NCBI GenBank assembly: GCA_012728075.1
Contig: JAAYFV010000080.1
Location: 1 to 32,000 of the forward strand
DNA: 32,000 nucleotides
Origin: Tissierellia bacterium
GTDB lineage: Bacteria; Bacillota; Clostridia; Tissierellales; Tepidimicrobiaceae
Reading direction: 5' to 3'
This document shows, one piece after another, positions 16,032 to 25,697 of the stretch. The translations under genes and the position numbers were made by a program. Each line of letters begins with the position of its first letter. Position 1 is the first letter of the stretch. The notes under the pieces are model-generated. The model searched no databases. It was not told where the DNA came from and was given only the letters and a program-made list of their open reading frames with translations.

Positions 16032-16952
16032 ATGGTTAAAAGAATATTGGATTTAGAAACATCGGATATATATAGGATGAACAAAGAAGAGAAACTGACA
16101 AGTATAAAAGCGGGAGAAGGAAGAACTATAATTAGTGAAATCATATGTGTAGCACCCCCACTTCTTTGGGACGTAAGTAATGTTGAATTAGCGGCGGCTT
16201 TTGGTGCTGATATTCTATTATTAAATATGTATGATGTGAATAATCCTAAAATTGAAGGAATTCCATCTAGAAACTCGAAAGAGTTTATTGGGGATATAAA
16301 AAAATTAACTGGAAGAATGATAGGTGTAAATTTAGAACCAGTGGATTTAGAAGAAAACATTCATGATAGGCTAACTATATCAGAAGGAAGAATTGCAACG
16401 GTAGAGAATGTAAAAAAATTAGTAGCACAAGGGGTAGATATGGTACTTTTGACGGGAAATCCAAAAACAGGTGTTACTAATAATAAAATCATAAAAGCTA
16501 TAAAGGAAATCAAGCAGTTTGTAGGAGATGATATAATCATAGCAGCAGGGAAGATGCATGGTTCGGGAAGTATTAAAGAATCAGGGGCAAAAATAATAAG
16601 TAAAGAGTTCATAGGTGAATTTATTGAAGCAGGTAGCGATATAATTTTAATTCCTGCACCAGGTACTGTACCAGGAATAACTGTTGATTATGTTAGGGAA
16701 TTAGTGGATTATGTTCATTCCTATAATAGGCTAGCTATGACATCGATAGGCACATCTCAAGAAGGAGCTGATGAATACACCATTAGAAATATAGCAATAT
16801 ATAGCAAAATGACAGGGACAGATATTCACCATATTGGAGATTGTGGCATGTCTCCAGGTATGGCAATACCCGAAAATATTATGATCTATTCCATTGCAAT
16901 TAAAGGTAAACGTCATACCTATAGAAAAATGGCTAGGTCTATTAACAGATAA
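16032..16952 (+). CDS. Hypothetical protein (306 aa) with alternating beta/alpha, TIM-barrel-like character; family not recognised
   Basis: Strong RBS (AGGAGG). Short hydrophobic strands recur, each followed by a helix-like stretch: ADILLLNMYDV, MIGVNLEP, VDMVLLTGNP, DIIIAAGKMHGSG, DIILIPAPGT, LAMTSIGTSQEG, TDIHHIGDCG. Confidence 0.7.
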   Translation: MVKRILDLETSDIYRMNKEEKLTSIKAGEGRTIISEIICVAPPLLWDVSNVELAAAFGADILLLNMYDVNNPKIEGIPSRNSKEFIGDIKKLTGRMIGVNLEPVDLEENIHDRLTISEGRIATVENVKKLVAQGVDMVLLTGNPKTGVTNNKIIKAIKEIKQFVGDDIIIAAGKMHGSGSIKESGAKIISKEFIGEFIEAGSDIILIPAPGTVPGITVDYVRELVDYVHSYNRLAMTSIGTSQEGADEYTIRNIAIYSKMTGTDIHHIGDCGMSPGMAIPENIMIYSIAIKGKRHTYRKMARSINR

Positions 16953-17044
16953 TTATTATGATCAAATAATAAGGATTAAACTTAGGTTTAATTAGTCAAA
17001 ATACTAAAATTAGAAAAATTCTTCTATAGTTTATTCACAATGTA

Positions 17045-17076
17045 TAATAAGTGGCCTTAAGGCCACTTATTATACA
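17045..17076. terminator. Bidirectional terminator between the 306-aa gene and ychF
   Basis: ATAATAAGTGGCC-ttaa-GGCCACTTATTAT palindrome that overlaps the ychF stop codon. Confidence 0.8.
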
Positions 17077-18161
17077 TTAAATCTAAACAATACTACATCT
17101 CCATCTTGTATAATATAATCTTTACCTTCTAATCGTACTAATCCTTTTTCCTTAGCCTGAGTACTTCCGCCACATTCTATTAAATCTTTATAATTGATTA
17201 CTTCAGCTCTTATAAATCCTTTTTCCATATCGGAATGGATTTTCCCTGCAGCTTGGGGAGCCTTAGTTCCTTTCTTTATAGTCCAAGCCCTTACTTCCTT
17301 TGGGCCTGCTGTTAAAAAGCTCATAAGACCTAATAGATCGTAGCTAGCCTTTATAAGTCTATCTAGTCCAGATTCCTTCAAACCTAATTCCATTAAAAAT
17401 ATTTCCTTTTCTTCCTTGTCCAAAAGGGCTATTTCCGATTCTATTTTGCCTGATATTGCTATTACCTGAGATCCTTCTTTATCTGCATATTGTTTTACTA
17501 ATTGGACATAATTATTTTCTTCTTCTTTTATTAGATCCTCTTCTGAGATATTACATACATACAATACAGGCTTTAAGGAAAGTAGATTAAAATTCCTTAC
17601 TAGTTCTATTTCCTCTGAAGTAAAATTTAGATTTCTCAAAGGTATATTTTTATCGATAGAATCCTTTAATTTATTTAACAAATCTAGTTCTTTTTTATAA
17701 GATTTATCTCCTTTAGCCATTTTTTCAACTTTGGGAAGTCTGTTTTCTATGATTTCCAAATCTGATAACATCAATTCTAAATTGATTATCTCTATATCAT
17801 TTATAGGATTAATTTTACCCTCTACATGGGTAACATTTGGGTCTTCAAAGCATCTAACTACATGGACTATAGCTTGAACTTCTCTAATATGGGATAAGCA
17901 CTTATTTCCCAAACCTTCTCCTTTACTAGCCCCTTTTACTAATCCGGCAATATCGAAGAATTCTATAGTTGCAGGAGTTATCTTCTCTGGCTTTACCAAT
18001 TGAGCTAGCATTTCAAGCCTTTCATCAGGGACAGATACTATTCCTACATTAGGCTCTATAGTGCAAAAAGGATAGTTTTCTGCATCAGCTTTAGCTGCTG
18101 TTAGTGCGTTAAAAAGAGTACTTTTTCCTACATTTGGTAATCCTACTATTCCTAATTTCAT
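17070..18161 (-). CDS. ychF: Redox-regulated ribosome-binding ATPase YchF
   Basis: MKLGIVGLPNVGKSTLFNALT Walker A, with the C-terminal TGS-like block RLEGKDYIIQDGDVVLFRFNV. The ATG at 18161 follows GAAAGGAAG. The track start at 18245 adds 28 non-homologous residues. Confidence 0.92.
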   Translation of the reverse strand: MKLGIVGLPNVGKSTLFNALTAAKADAENYPFCTIEPNVGIVSVPDERLEMLAQLVKPEKITPATIEFFDIAGLVKGASKGEGLGNKCLSHIREVQAIVHVVRCFEDPNVTHVEGKINPINDIEIINLELMLSDLEIIENRLPKVEKMAKGDKSYKKELDLLNKLKDSIDKNIPLRNLNFTSEEIELVRNFNLLSLKPVLYVCNISEEDLIKEEENNYVQLVKQYADKEGSQVIAISGKIESEIALLDKEEKEIFLMELGLKESGLDRLIKASYDLLGLMSFLTAGPKEVRAWTIKKGTKAPQAAGKIHSDMEKGFIRAEVINYKDLIECGGSTQAKEKGLVRLEGKDYIIQDGDVVLFRFNV

Positions 18162-18432
18162 ATAAATCTTCCTTTCAAATTGCATAGATTCTGCACAAGA
18201 ATAATTATATATCATAGTTAGACCATATTCAACATCATATAGCAATTTATTTTATGCAGTATTTATAATATAGGAATTATGCTTTTTACTTTAAGTATTA
18301 CATTTATCGATTGCATTAATATTGGTTAAAGGATATGTTAAATGCTTTTTTAGTTATAAAATTTCTTATTTATGAAAAACTATATAATATAGATTTATTA
18401 TAATAAAAATATGTGTGATAGGAGGAATAGTA

Positions 18433-18906
18433 ATGAAAAAAGCATTTAAGAAGTATATTGTAGGGTTTGTTTTAATCTTAATGTTTATCAATATATCTTT
18501 AGTAGGATGTAAAGCAAAGGAACATATTAGAGAGGAAGATATTGAAGAATAGATAAGCATGAGTGTAGGTGGCAAGGATTATGATATATTAGTTCGTTCT
18601 GAAAATATATCTGATATAGTAGTAGATTTATATGGTATAGACAATGCAACTTCCATAATATTTAATGATGTAATTGTAATAGCTGTAGAAATGGCCCAAG
18701 ATACTACTTTTAATGATGATATAAAAGAGATGATAATAAATACTGTATTGGAAAATGATACTATGATAAGACAAGTACTTATAACGGATAATAAAAAGAT
18801 ATTTGATCAAATCGAAAATATCATAGAATCTTTGATGAATGGAAAGGCTTATGATGATCAGGTAAAGGAAATAAATAGAATAATAGAAAAAATGAAAAAA
18901 GAGTAA
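18433..18906 (+). pseudogene. YhcN/YlaJ-family sporulation lipoprotein gene interrupted by an in-frame TAG (18550-18552)
   Basis: ATG at 18433 follows GGAGG and encodes a lipoprotein signal peptide, MKKAFKKYIVGFVLILMFINISLVGC, plus 13 aa, then TAG. The same frame continues into the tracked ORF 18559-18906, which carries the YhcN/YlaJ-like domain and has no SD of its own. Confidence 0.65.
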
Positions 18907-18908
18907 AT

Positions 18909-18937
18909 AAAAACCCGTCATAGGACTGGGTTTTTAT
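18909..18937 (+). terminator. Rho-independent terminator
   Basis: AAAAACCCGTC...GACTGGGTTTTT hairpin with a T-run. Confidence 0.75.
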
Positions 18938-19055
18938 TTATAGTAATATTAAAATTACAATTTATGAGAGGAAAGATGTGAATACAAATATTTACTATTG
19001 GACTTTTTGTGCTATACTTATAGATACGGATAAGATTAAAGGAAGGTGACAGAGA

Positions 19056-19787
19056 ATGAATCCTGTAGCATTTAAAATATTTGGTATAGAGGTTATGTGG
19101 TATGGCATATTAATAGCCATTGGAGTAATACTAGGGACTATTTTAGCATTAAGAGAGGCTGAAAGAATAGGGGTTGGAGAGGATAATTTAATAGATTTAT
19201 TATTGTTTGCAATTCCTTTGGCTGTGATTGGTGCTCGGATTTATTATGTAGTTTTTACTTGGGATTATTATAAAGAAAATTTAAAGGAGATTTTTCACTT
19301 TAGAGGTGGAGGATTAGCAATACATGGTGCTATAATAGCAGGTATTATAGTAGCAGTAATATTTTCCCGAAAGAGAGACATAGATTTTTGGAAAATAGCA
19401 GATATTTGTGCTCCTAGTTTGGCATTAGGTCAAGCAATAGGCCGTTGGGGGAATTATATAAATCAAGAGGCTTATGGAACTCCTACAGACTTACCTTGGG
19501 GTATTATGATAGATGGAGTTAAAGTTCATCCTACATTCCTATATGAATCTATAGGGGATTTTTTAATTTTTTTATTTCTAATATGGTATAGAAGGAACAA
19601 ACCTAAAGTATCTGGTGAGGTTTTTTTATTATATATAATGCTATATTCAAGTCTCCGATTTTTTATAGAGGGACTTAGGACAGATAGTTTAATGTTAGGT
19701 CCTTTGAGGATTGCGCAATTAGTGAGTATTATAGGAATTGTGGTATCACTTATATATTTTAATATACGTAGGAAGGGGAAAAACTAA
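19056..19787 (+). CDS. lgt: Prolipoprotein diacylglyceryl transferase
   Basis: 243 aa polytopic protein. YGILIAIG, GARIYYV, GGLAIHG and GRWGNYINQEAYG signature blocks are present. Confidence 0.92.
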   Translation: MNPVAFKIFGIEVMWYGILIAIGVILGTILALREAERIGVGEDNLIDLLLFAIPLAVIGARIYYVVFTWDYYKENLKEIFHFRGGGLAIHGAIIAGIIVAVIFSRKRDIDFWKIADICAPSLALGQAIGRWGNYINQEAYGTPTDLPWGIMIDGVKVHPTFLYESIGDFLIFLFLIWYRRNKPKVSGEVFLLYIMLYSSLRFFIEGLRTDSLMLGPLRIAQLVSIIGIVVSLIYFNIRRKGKN

Positions 19788-19852
19788 TATTAGGTTTATA
19801 TTAATTGGATAATATTTACCAATTAATATAAATTTGTTGAGACTATTTTAAA

Positions 19853-19890
19853 AGGCTTTCTGAACTGTGCTGAGAGGAGGCCTTTTTTTT
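19853..19890 (+). terminator. Rho-independent terminator after lgt
   Basis: GGCTTTCT / AGAGGAGGCC stem (with G-U pairs) followed by T8. An AT-rich 12-bp inverted repeat precedes it at 19797-19830. Confidence 0.65.
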
Positions 19891-19976
19891 ATTTTTTGTA
19901 TAGAAATATATAGAATATCCTCTAAAAAAGAAGAAATTTGTAAAATGGGACCAAAGAACCAAAAACTTTTTTAAAA

Positions 19977-20008
19977 TTGTAGAAGGAATTATCAAAATGG
20001 TATAGAAT
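19977..20008 (+). promoter_or_regulatory. Candidate dcw (Pmra) promoter: TTGTAG-18 nt-(TGg)TATAGA
   Basis: -35 at 19977-19982 and an extended -10 TGGTATAGAAT at 19998-20008. The GTGG repeats follow immediately. Confidence 0.45.
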
Positions 20009-20017
20009 TAATAATAT

Positions 20018-20043
20018 GTGGGGTAAAGTGGTAGGAAGTGGGG
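20018..20043 (+). promoter_or_regulatory. MraZ operator: three direct GTGG(G/T) repeats with 10-bp phasing
   Basis: GTGGGGtaaaGTGGTAggaaGTGGGG, with repeats starting at 20018, 20028 and 20038. A possible fourth GTGGAG lies at 20060. Confidence 0.7.
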
Positions 20044-20073
20044 TAAATTATACCTAAAAGTGGAGTGAGTGGT

Positions 20074-20505
20074 ATGTTTATTGGCGAATATCAACATACA
20101 ATTGATGATAAGGGAAGGCTGATAATTCCATCTAAATTTCGAGAGGATCTAGGTGATGAATTTATTATGACTAAGGGTTTAGATAACTGCCTTTTTGTAT
20201 ACCCGAAAAAAGAATGGTTGATATTAGAAGGGAAGTTAAGAGCTTTACCCCTTACCAATAGAGATGCAAGAGCTTTTGTGAGATTTTTCTTTGCAGGGGC
20301 TTCAGAATGCACCCTTGATAAACAAGGACGAGTTCTTATACCTAGTAATTTAAGGGAGTATGCAAAGCTTTTAAATGATGGGGTAATTATTGGAGTTTCC
20401 ACTAGGATTGAAATCTGGAGTAAAGATGAATGGGATAAATATAATGAAGATGACAGTTTAAGCTATGATAATATTGCTGAAAAGATGGCAGAATTGGGAA
20501 TCTAA
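20074..20505 (+). CDS. mraZ: Division/cell wall cluster transcriptional regulator MraZ
   Basis: Canonical N-terminus [23 protein letters not shown], with the second SpoVT/AbrB-like repeat [14 protein letters not shown]. The ATG at 20074 is 8 nt after GGAG. Confidence 0.93.
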   Translation: MFIGEYQHTIDDKGRLIIPSKFREDLGDEFIMTKGLDNCLFVYPKKEWLILEGKLRALPLTNRDARAFVRFFFAGASECTLDKQGRVLIPSNLREYAKLLNDGVIIGVSTRIEIWSKDEWDKYNEDDSLSYDNIAEKMAELGI

Positions 20506-20523
20506 TAGACAGGAGTGGGAAAA

Positions 20524-21456
20524 TTGAAGTTTGAACATAGACCAGTGTTGCTAAAAGAAGCAATAGATGGATTAAATATACGGGAAGATGGAATATATGT
20601 AGATGGCACTTTGGGTGGTGCTGGTCATTCTCGTGAAATAGTAAGTAGGTTGACCAATGGAAAGCTTATAGGAATAGATCAGGATATAAACGCTTTGAAT
20701 AAAGCAAGAGAAGTACTAAAAGACTATAAGGATAAGGTAATATTTGTACATGACAATTATGTGAATATAGAGGATATACTATCTAGTTTAAATATAGAAA
20801 GAGTTGATGGGATACTATTAGATATTGGGGTTTCCTCTCATCAATTAGATGAAAAAGAAAGAGGATTTTCTTATCAAAAAGATGCACCCTTAGATATGAG
20901 GATGGATAATACTCAAAAACTTACGGCTTGGGATGTAGTAAACACCTATTCAGAAGAGGATTTAGAGAGGATTATTTGGAATTATGGTGAGGATAGATGG
21001 GCAAAAAGGATTGCCCAATTCATAGTAAATGAAAGAAGGGAGAAACCCATAGATACTACATTACAATTGGTAGATATTATTAAAAAAGCCATACCAAAGA
21101 AAGCTAGACTACAAGGGCATCATCCAGCAAAACAAACATTTCAAGCTATAAGAATAGAAGTAAATAAGGAATTAGACGTGTTAAAGTTAGCAATACCTAA
21201 GATGAATAAAGTACTCAATAAAGGTGGACGTATATGTATTATAACATTTCACTCATTAGAGGATAGGATAGTGAAGGATGCTTTTAAGGAGTTAAATAAA
21301 GATTGTATTTGTCCGCCAGAATTGCCTATTTGTGTTTGCGATAAAAAGAAGGAATTAAATATAATAACAAAAAAACCAATTGTACCTACAGATGAAGAAA
21401 TAGAAAAAAACCCTCGAGGGAGAAGTGCAAAATTGAGAATTGGTGAAAGAGTTTAA
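20524..21456 (+). CDS. rsmH: 16S rRNA (cytosine1402-N4)-methyltransferase RsmH
   Basis: [34 protein letters not shown]-type ([11 protein letters not shown]) and [10 protein letters not shown] blocks. TTG at 20524 is 8 nt after AGGAG; an alternative GTG lies at 20515. Confidence 0.93.
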   Translation: MKFEHRPVLLKEAIDGLNIREDGIYVDGTLGGAGHSREIVSRLTNGKLIGIDQDINALNKAREVLKDYKDKVIFVHDNYVNIEDILSSLNIERVDGILLDIGVSSHQLDEKERGFSYQKDAPLDMRMDNTQKLTAWDVVNTYSEEDLERIIWNYGEDRWAKRIAQFIVNERREKPIDTTLQLVDIIKKAIPKKARLQGHHPAKQTFQAIRIEVNKELDVLKLAIPKMNKVLNKGGRICIITFHSLEDRIVKDAFKELNKDCICPPELPICVCDKKKELNIITKKPIVPTDEEIEKNPRGRSAKLRIGERV

Positions 21457-21484
21457 GTTCTAAAACAAAGGGGGGAAGAATAAA

Positions 21485-21949
21485 TTGGTAGTAGCAAAAA
21501 AGGAATTGGAATACTATTATCCAGAAGAGGAACAGTTAGAAAAGGAGAAAGAACTTAGGAAAAATAGGAATATAAGGAAAAAGGCCAAATCGAAATCTAA
21601 ATTCAAAGCTATTGGTATATCCTTTGTAGGTCTAATTATATGTTTATTTATGTTATATGGCTATGCTAATATTACAAAGATTAGGATAGAGATAAATGAA
21701 TTAGAAAATCAGAAAAAGGAATTGATTAAAGAAAAAGAAGCTTTGGTCGCAGAACTAGAAGCTGTTAAGAGTTCTACAAAAGTTGAAGAAGAAGCTATGA
21801 TTAGACTAGGAATGGATTATCCTACTGAAGAGCAAATCGTATATGTTGAAGTGAATGATGACGTTTTTGCTAAAAAAGAAGGTCTAGAAGAAGGCAAAAT
21901 AGTAGCACAATTTAAGAAAATATTTAATACAATGGCAAGTTTGTTTTAG
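21485..21949 (+). CDS. ftsL: Cell division protein FtsL (septum formation initiator)
   Basis: 154 aa with a basic N-terminus, a single TM segment (AIGISFVGLIICLFMLYGY) and a coiled-coil (INELENQKKELIKEKEALVAELE). The dcw position is conserved. TTG start. Confidence 0.8.
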   Translation: MVVAKKELEYYYPEEEQLEKEKELRKNRNIRKKAKSKSKFKAIGISFVGLIICLFMLYGYANITKIRIEINELENQKKELIKEKEALVAELEAVKSSTKVEEEAMIRLGMDYPTEEQIVYVEVNDDVFAKKEGLEEGKIVAQFKKIFNTMASLF

Positions 21950-21961
21950 GAGGTTTTTTGA

Positions 21962-24127
21962 TTGGCTGCACCTAGTAATATTTCAAAAAAAAGGTTGGTT
22001 TTTGTTTTTATAGTAGTAATGATAGCTATGTTAGCTTTAATTATTAGATTAGGGTATATACAAATAGTAACTGGGGAAGAATTGAAAAAGGGTGCATTGG
22101 AACAGTGGACTAGAGGTATTGAAATTAAACCTAAGAGAGGGACAATATACGATAGAAATGGCAAAAAGCTTGCTATTAGTGTGAGTTCCTATACTGTATG
22201 GGCTAGTCCAGCTGATATAAAGGATGCTAATGATACCGCTAAGAAGGTAGCGGAAGTTTTAAATATGGATGAAGAATTAGTGTATGAAAAGATAACTAAA
22301 AAGGTAGATGTGGAAAAAATCAAACAGTGGATATCTAAAGAAGAAGCTAAGGAATTAAGGAATTTAAATCTACAAGGTATAAATATAGTAGATGACAATA
22401 AAAGATTTTATCCCTATGAAGATTTTGCAGCCTATGTATTAGGTTTTACTAATGTAGACAACGATGGTCTATATGGTATAGAAAAGACCTATGATAAATA
22501 CTTATCGGGTACTCCAGGGAGATGGGTTAAGACTACTGATGCTAGAGGTAGGCAATTACCTTATGATGGAGAGAGGATCTTTGAAGCTCAAGATGGATTA
22601 AATGTAGTTTTAACTATTGATGAAACTATACAACATTTTGCAGAAAAGGCTGCAATGGAATCCTTGCTTACAACTAAGGCGAAAAATGTTTCTATAATTA
22701 TAATGGAACCAAAAACAGGAGATATATTAGCCTTGGCCAATTTACCACAATATAATCCTAACAACCCAAGAGAACCCCTAGATGAAATTAAAAAAGAAGA
22801 ATGGCGAAATTTACCTCAAGACGAATTGGAAAAAAGATGGTATGATATGTGGAGAAATTTTGCTATAAATGATGCTTATGAACCTGGTTCTACATTTAAA
22901 ACTATTGTAGCAGCAGCTGCTTTAGAAGAAAATGTCGCTAATATTGACACTAATTTTTATTGCAATGGATTTATCAAAGATATACCTGGGGCAGTATTAA
23001 AATGTTCTAGATGGTACAATCCCCATGGAGCACAAACGTTAAAAGAAGGAATGGAAAATTCATGTAATATTGTATTTGTTAATTTAGGTAGGAAGCTAGG
23101 AAAGGAAAAATTGTATAAATATATAAAAGCTTTTGGATTTGGAGAACCTACAGGTATAGAGTTAACTGGTGAACAAGGAGGGATTATACCTTATAATACT
23201 GATATTATAAAAGAAATAAATTTAGCTACTATGTCTTATGGACATGGAATAGCTGTTACTCCTATACAGCTAATAAATGCAGTATCTGCTATAGGTAATG
23301 GAGGAAACTTAATGGAGCCTAGACTAGTATCTCATTTGATAGATAATGAAGGAAATGTAGTAATGGAAAACAAACCTAAGGTGAAGAGACAAGTAATTTC
23401 TCAGAATACATCTGATGCTATGTTAGATATGATGGAAGGAGTAGTTGTTGAAGGGACAGGAACAAACGCTTATGTTCCAGGATATAGAGTAGCAGGTAAA
23501 ACTGGTACTGCTCAAAAGATAATAGATGGGAAATATGCACCTGGAAAGTATATAGGTTCTTTTGTTGCAGTAGCCCCAGCAGATGATCCTCAAATAGCTA
23601 TATTAGTTATAGTAGATGAACCTGAGGGAGTATATTATGGCGGAAGTGTAGCTGCGCCAGTAGCAGGTAAAGTCATAGAGGAAACCTTAAATTATCTAGA
23701 GGTTAAACCAGAGTTTACAGAGGAAGAAAAGGAACAGTTTGAATATATGGAAATAGTTCCAGATGTGCGTAATAAAAATATAGATGAGGCAGGTAAAATA
23801 TTAATGGAGCATGGATTTAAATATACTACTGATACCTACAATATATCGGAAAAATCTAAAGTTATAGACCAATTTCCATTACCAGAAACAGAAGTATCTA
23901 AAGGCTCTATAATAGACCTTTATTTAAATGAAGATGCTCAAGCTCAGAAAAAGGTTTTGATGCCAGATTTAATAGGTAAATCTAGAGAAGATGTAATCAA
24001 TATATTGGAGAATTTAAAATTAAAATATCATTTTAAAGGAGAGGGTAAAGCAATAAAACAAAGGCCAGAACCAGGAATAGAAGTTGATATAAATTCTAAT
24101 GTAGAAGTTGAATTTTCTAACCAATAG
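21962..24127 (+). CDS. Class B penicillin-binding protein (FtsI/PBP2B/SpoVD type) with two C-terminal PASTA domains
   Basis: 721 aa with an N-terminal TM segment. The motifs are STFK, SCN and KTGT. Two PASTA-like repeats begin at VPDVRNKNIDEAG and MPDLIGKSREDV. TTG start 8 nt after AGGAGG. Confidence 0.92.
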   Translation: MAAPSNISKKRLVFVFIVVMIAMLALIIRLGYIQIVTGEELKKGALEQWTRGIEIKPKRGTIYDRNGKKLAISVSSYTVWASPADIKDANDTAKKVAEVLNMDEELVYEKITKKVDVEKIKQWISKEEAKELRNLNLQGINIVDDNKRFYPYEDFAAYVLGFTNVDNDGLYGIEKTYDKYLSGTPGRWVKTTDARGRQLPYDGERIFEAQDGLNVVLTIDETIQHFAEKAAMESLLTTKAKNVSIIIMEPKTGDILALANLPQYNPNNPREPLDEIKKEEWRNLPQDELEKRWYDMWRNFAINDAYEPGSTFKTIVAAAALEENVANIDTNFYCNGFIKDIPGAVLKCSRWYNPHGAQTLKEGMENSCNIVFVNLGRKLGKEKLYKYIKAFGFGEPTGIELTGEQGGIIPYNTDIIKEINLATMSYGHGIAVTPIQLINAVSAIGNGGNLMEPRLVSHLIDNEGNVVMENKPKVKRQVISQNTSDAMLDMMEGVVVEGTGTNAYVPGYRVAGKTGTAQKIIDGKYAPGKYIGSFVAVAPADDPQIAILVIVDEPEGVYYGGSVAAPVAGKVIEETLNYLEVKPEFTEEEKEQFEYMEIVPDVRNKNIDEAGKILMEHGFKYTTDTYNISEKSKVIDQFPLPETEVSKGSIIDLYLNEDAQAQKKVLMPDLIGKSREDVINILENLKLKYHFKGEGKAIKQRPEPGIEVDINSNVEVEFSNQ

Positions 24128-24182
24128 GAGTAATATTATTAAGGGGCGACTTTTGAGTTGCCTTTTAATTATAATTAACTAA

Positions 24183-25667
24183 TTGAAAGCAGGTGCAGAT
24201 TTGGAACTTATAAAATTGATAGAAGGATATAAATTCGAAGTATTAAAAGGTAGTACAGATATAAATATTACTGGTATAGAGCATGATTCTAGAAAAATAC
24301 AGAAAGGGAATTTATTTGTGGCAATAGAGGGATTTACAGTAGATGGTCATGATTTTATACAAGAGGCAATAGATAATGGGGCAATATGTATTTTAGTTCA
24401 AAGAGATATTCAGATTGAAGATGAGGGGGTAACTATCATAAAGGTAGAGGATACTATTTTAGCTTTGGCTAGATTGTCCTCAATATTTTATGGTGAACCT
24501 TCGAAGAAGTTAAATCTAATTGGGATTACAGGTACCAATGGAAAAACTTCTACTACATATATGATAAAGAGTATATTTGAAGCGTGTCATAAAAAGACAG
24601 GTATAATTGGTACCATGGGGACTATTATCGATGGTATGGTATTGGATAATATAAATACTACCCCTGAGTCATCTTTAATTCAAAGATATTTAAAGAAAAT
24701 GGTAGACAAAGGAATCCAATATTGTGTAATGGAAGTTTCTTCTCATTCATTGGATTTAAAAAGAGTAGAATATATGGATTTTCAGGTAGGTATATTTACC
24801 AATCTTACAGAGGATCATTTAGATTATCATAAGGATATGGAAAACTATTATAAAAGCAAATTAAAATTATTTAATATGACTAGTGGATGTAATATAATCA
24901 ATATAGACGATGAATATGGCCATAGAATAATAAATGATTTAGAAAACCCCATACCAATAATTACTTATGGATTAGACGAAAAAGCTCATATATATGCAAC
25001 TGACGTGGTTTATCATTTTAGGGGAGTAGATTTTGTATTGAATAGCCCAAAAGGCTCTGTTCCCATTAATTTAAATCTACTTGGTAGGTTTAATGTTTAT
25101 AATGCTTTAGCATCAGCTGCATGTGCTATATATTATGATATGGATTTATATAGTATAAAGGATGGACTAGAGTCCCTTCGTGGCATTAAAGGTAGGTTTG
25201 AATTGGTGCCCATAGATGAAGATTATAATGTGATTATAGATTTTGCTCATACCCCTGATGGATTAGAACAGGTATTAACTACTATTAGACAGTTTGCAGA
25301 AGGAAGAATAATAGTAATATTTGGGGCAGGAGGTAATAGAGATAGAACTAAAAGGCCTATAATGGGAGAGACAGTAGCAAAATATGCAGATTTATCTATT
25401 ATTACATCGGATAATCCAAGATATGAGGATCCAGATAAGATAATAGAGGATATTATAGTAGGTGTAGAAAGGGTCAATGGAAAATATATTGCAATCACCG
25501 ATAGAAGAGAAGCTATAGAATATGCCTTGTTAAATGCTAGGCCTAAGGACACCATTTTATTAGCTGGAAAAGGTCACGAAACCTATACTATAATAAAAGA
25601 TAAAATTATTCCTTTTGATGAAAAGCAAATAGTATTAGACATATTAAAAGATATAAAAAAAAGATAA
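24183..25667 (+). CDS. murE: UDP-N-acetylmuramoyl-L-alanyl-D-glutamate--2,6-diaminopimelate ligase
   Basis: GITGTNGKTS P-loop and a DNPR motif (meso-DAP type). An alternative TTG start at 24201 follows AGGTG. Confidence 0.92.
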   Translation: MKAGADLELIKLIEGYKFEVLKGSTDINITGIEHDSRKIQKGNLFVAIEGFTVDGHDFIQEAIDNGAICILVQRDIQIEDEGVTIIKVEDTILALARLSSIFYGEPSKKLNLIGITGTNGKTSTTYMIKSIFEACHKKTGIIGTMGTIIDGMVLDNINTTPESSLIQRYLKKMVDKGIQYCVMEVSSHSLDLKRVEYMDFQVGIFTNLTEDHLDYHKDMENYYKSKLKLFNMTSGCNIINIDDEYGHRIINDLENPIPIITYGLDEKAHIYATDVVYHFRGVDFVLNSPKGSVPINLNLLGRFNVYNALASAACAIYYDMDLYSIKDGLESLRGIKGRFELVPIDEDYNVIIDFAHTPDGLEQVLTTIRQFAEGRIIVIFGAGGNRDRTKRPIMGETVAKYADLSIITSDNPRYEDPDKIIEDIIVGVERVNGKYIAITDRREAIEYALLNARPKDTILLAGKGHETYTIIKDKIIPFDEKQIVLDILKDIKKR

Positions 25668-25697
25668 TAGTAGGATACACTAGAGAGGAGAAGACAT

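Noticed and set aside
18550-18552. The in-frame TAG as pyrrolysine or a reassigned sense codon
   Set aside because: TAG terminates the PBP (24125-24127), murD (28044-28046) and murA (31601-31603) genes at the expected family lengths. No pyl genes are visible in the window. A nonsense mutation or a sequencing error is more parsimonious.
18366-18575. Minus-strand 69-aa track ORF overlapping the lipoprotein signal-peptide region
   Set aside because: It is antisense to a + strand ORF that has a GGAGG RBS and a textbook lipobox, and no SD precedes it.
24146-24170. Short hairpin GGCGAC-ttttga-GTTGCC followed by TTTT between the PBP gene and murE
   Set aside because: The stem is weak at 6 bp including a G-U pair, and it lies inside an operon that must read through. 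At most it is an attenuator, so it is not called as a terminator.
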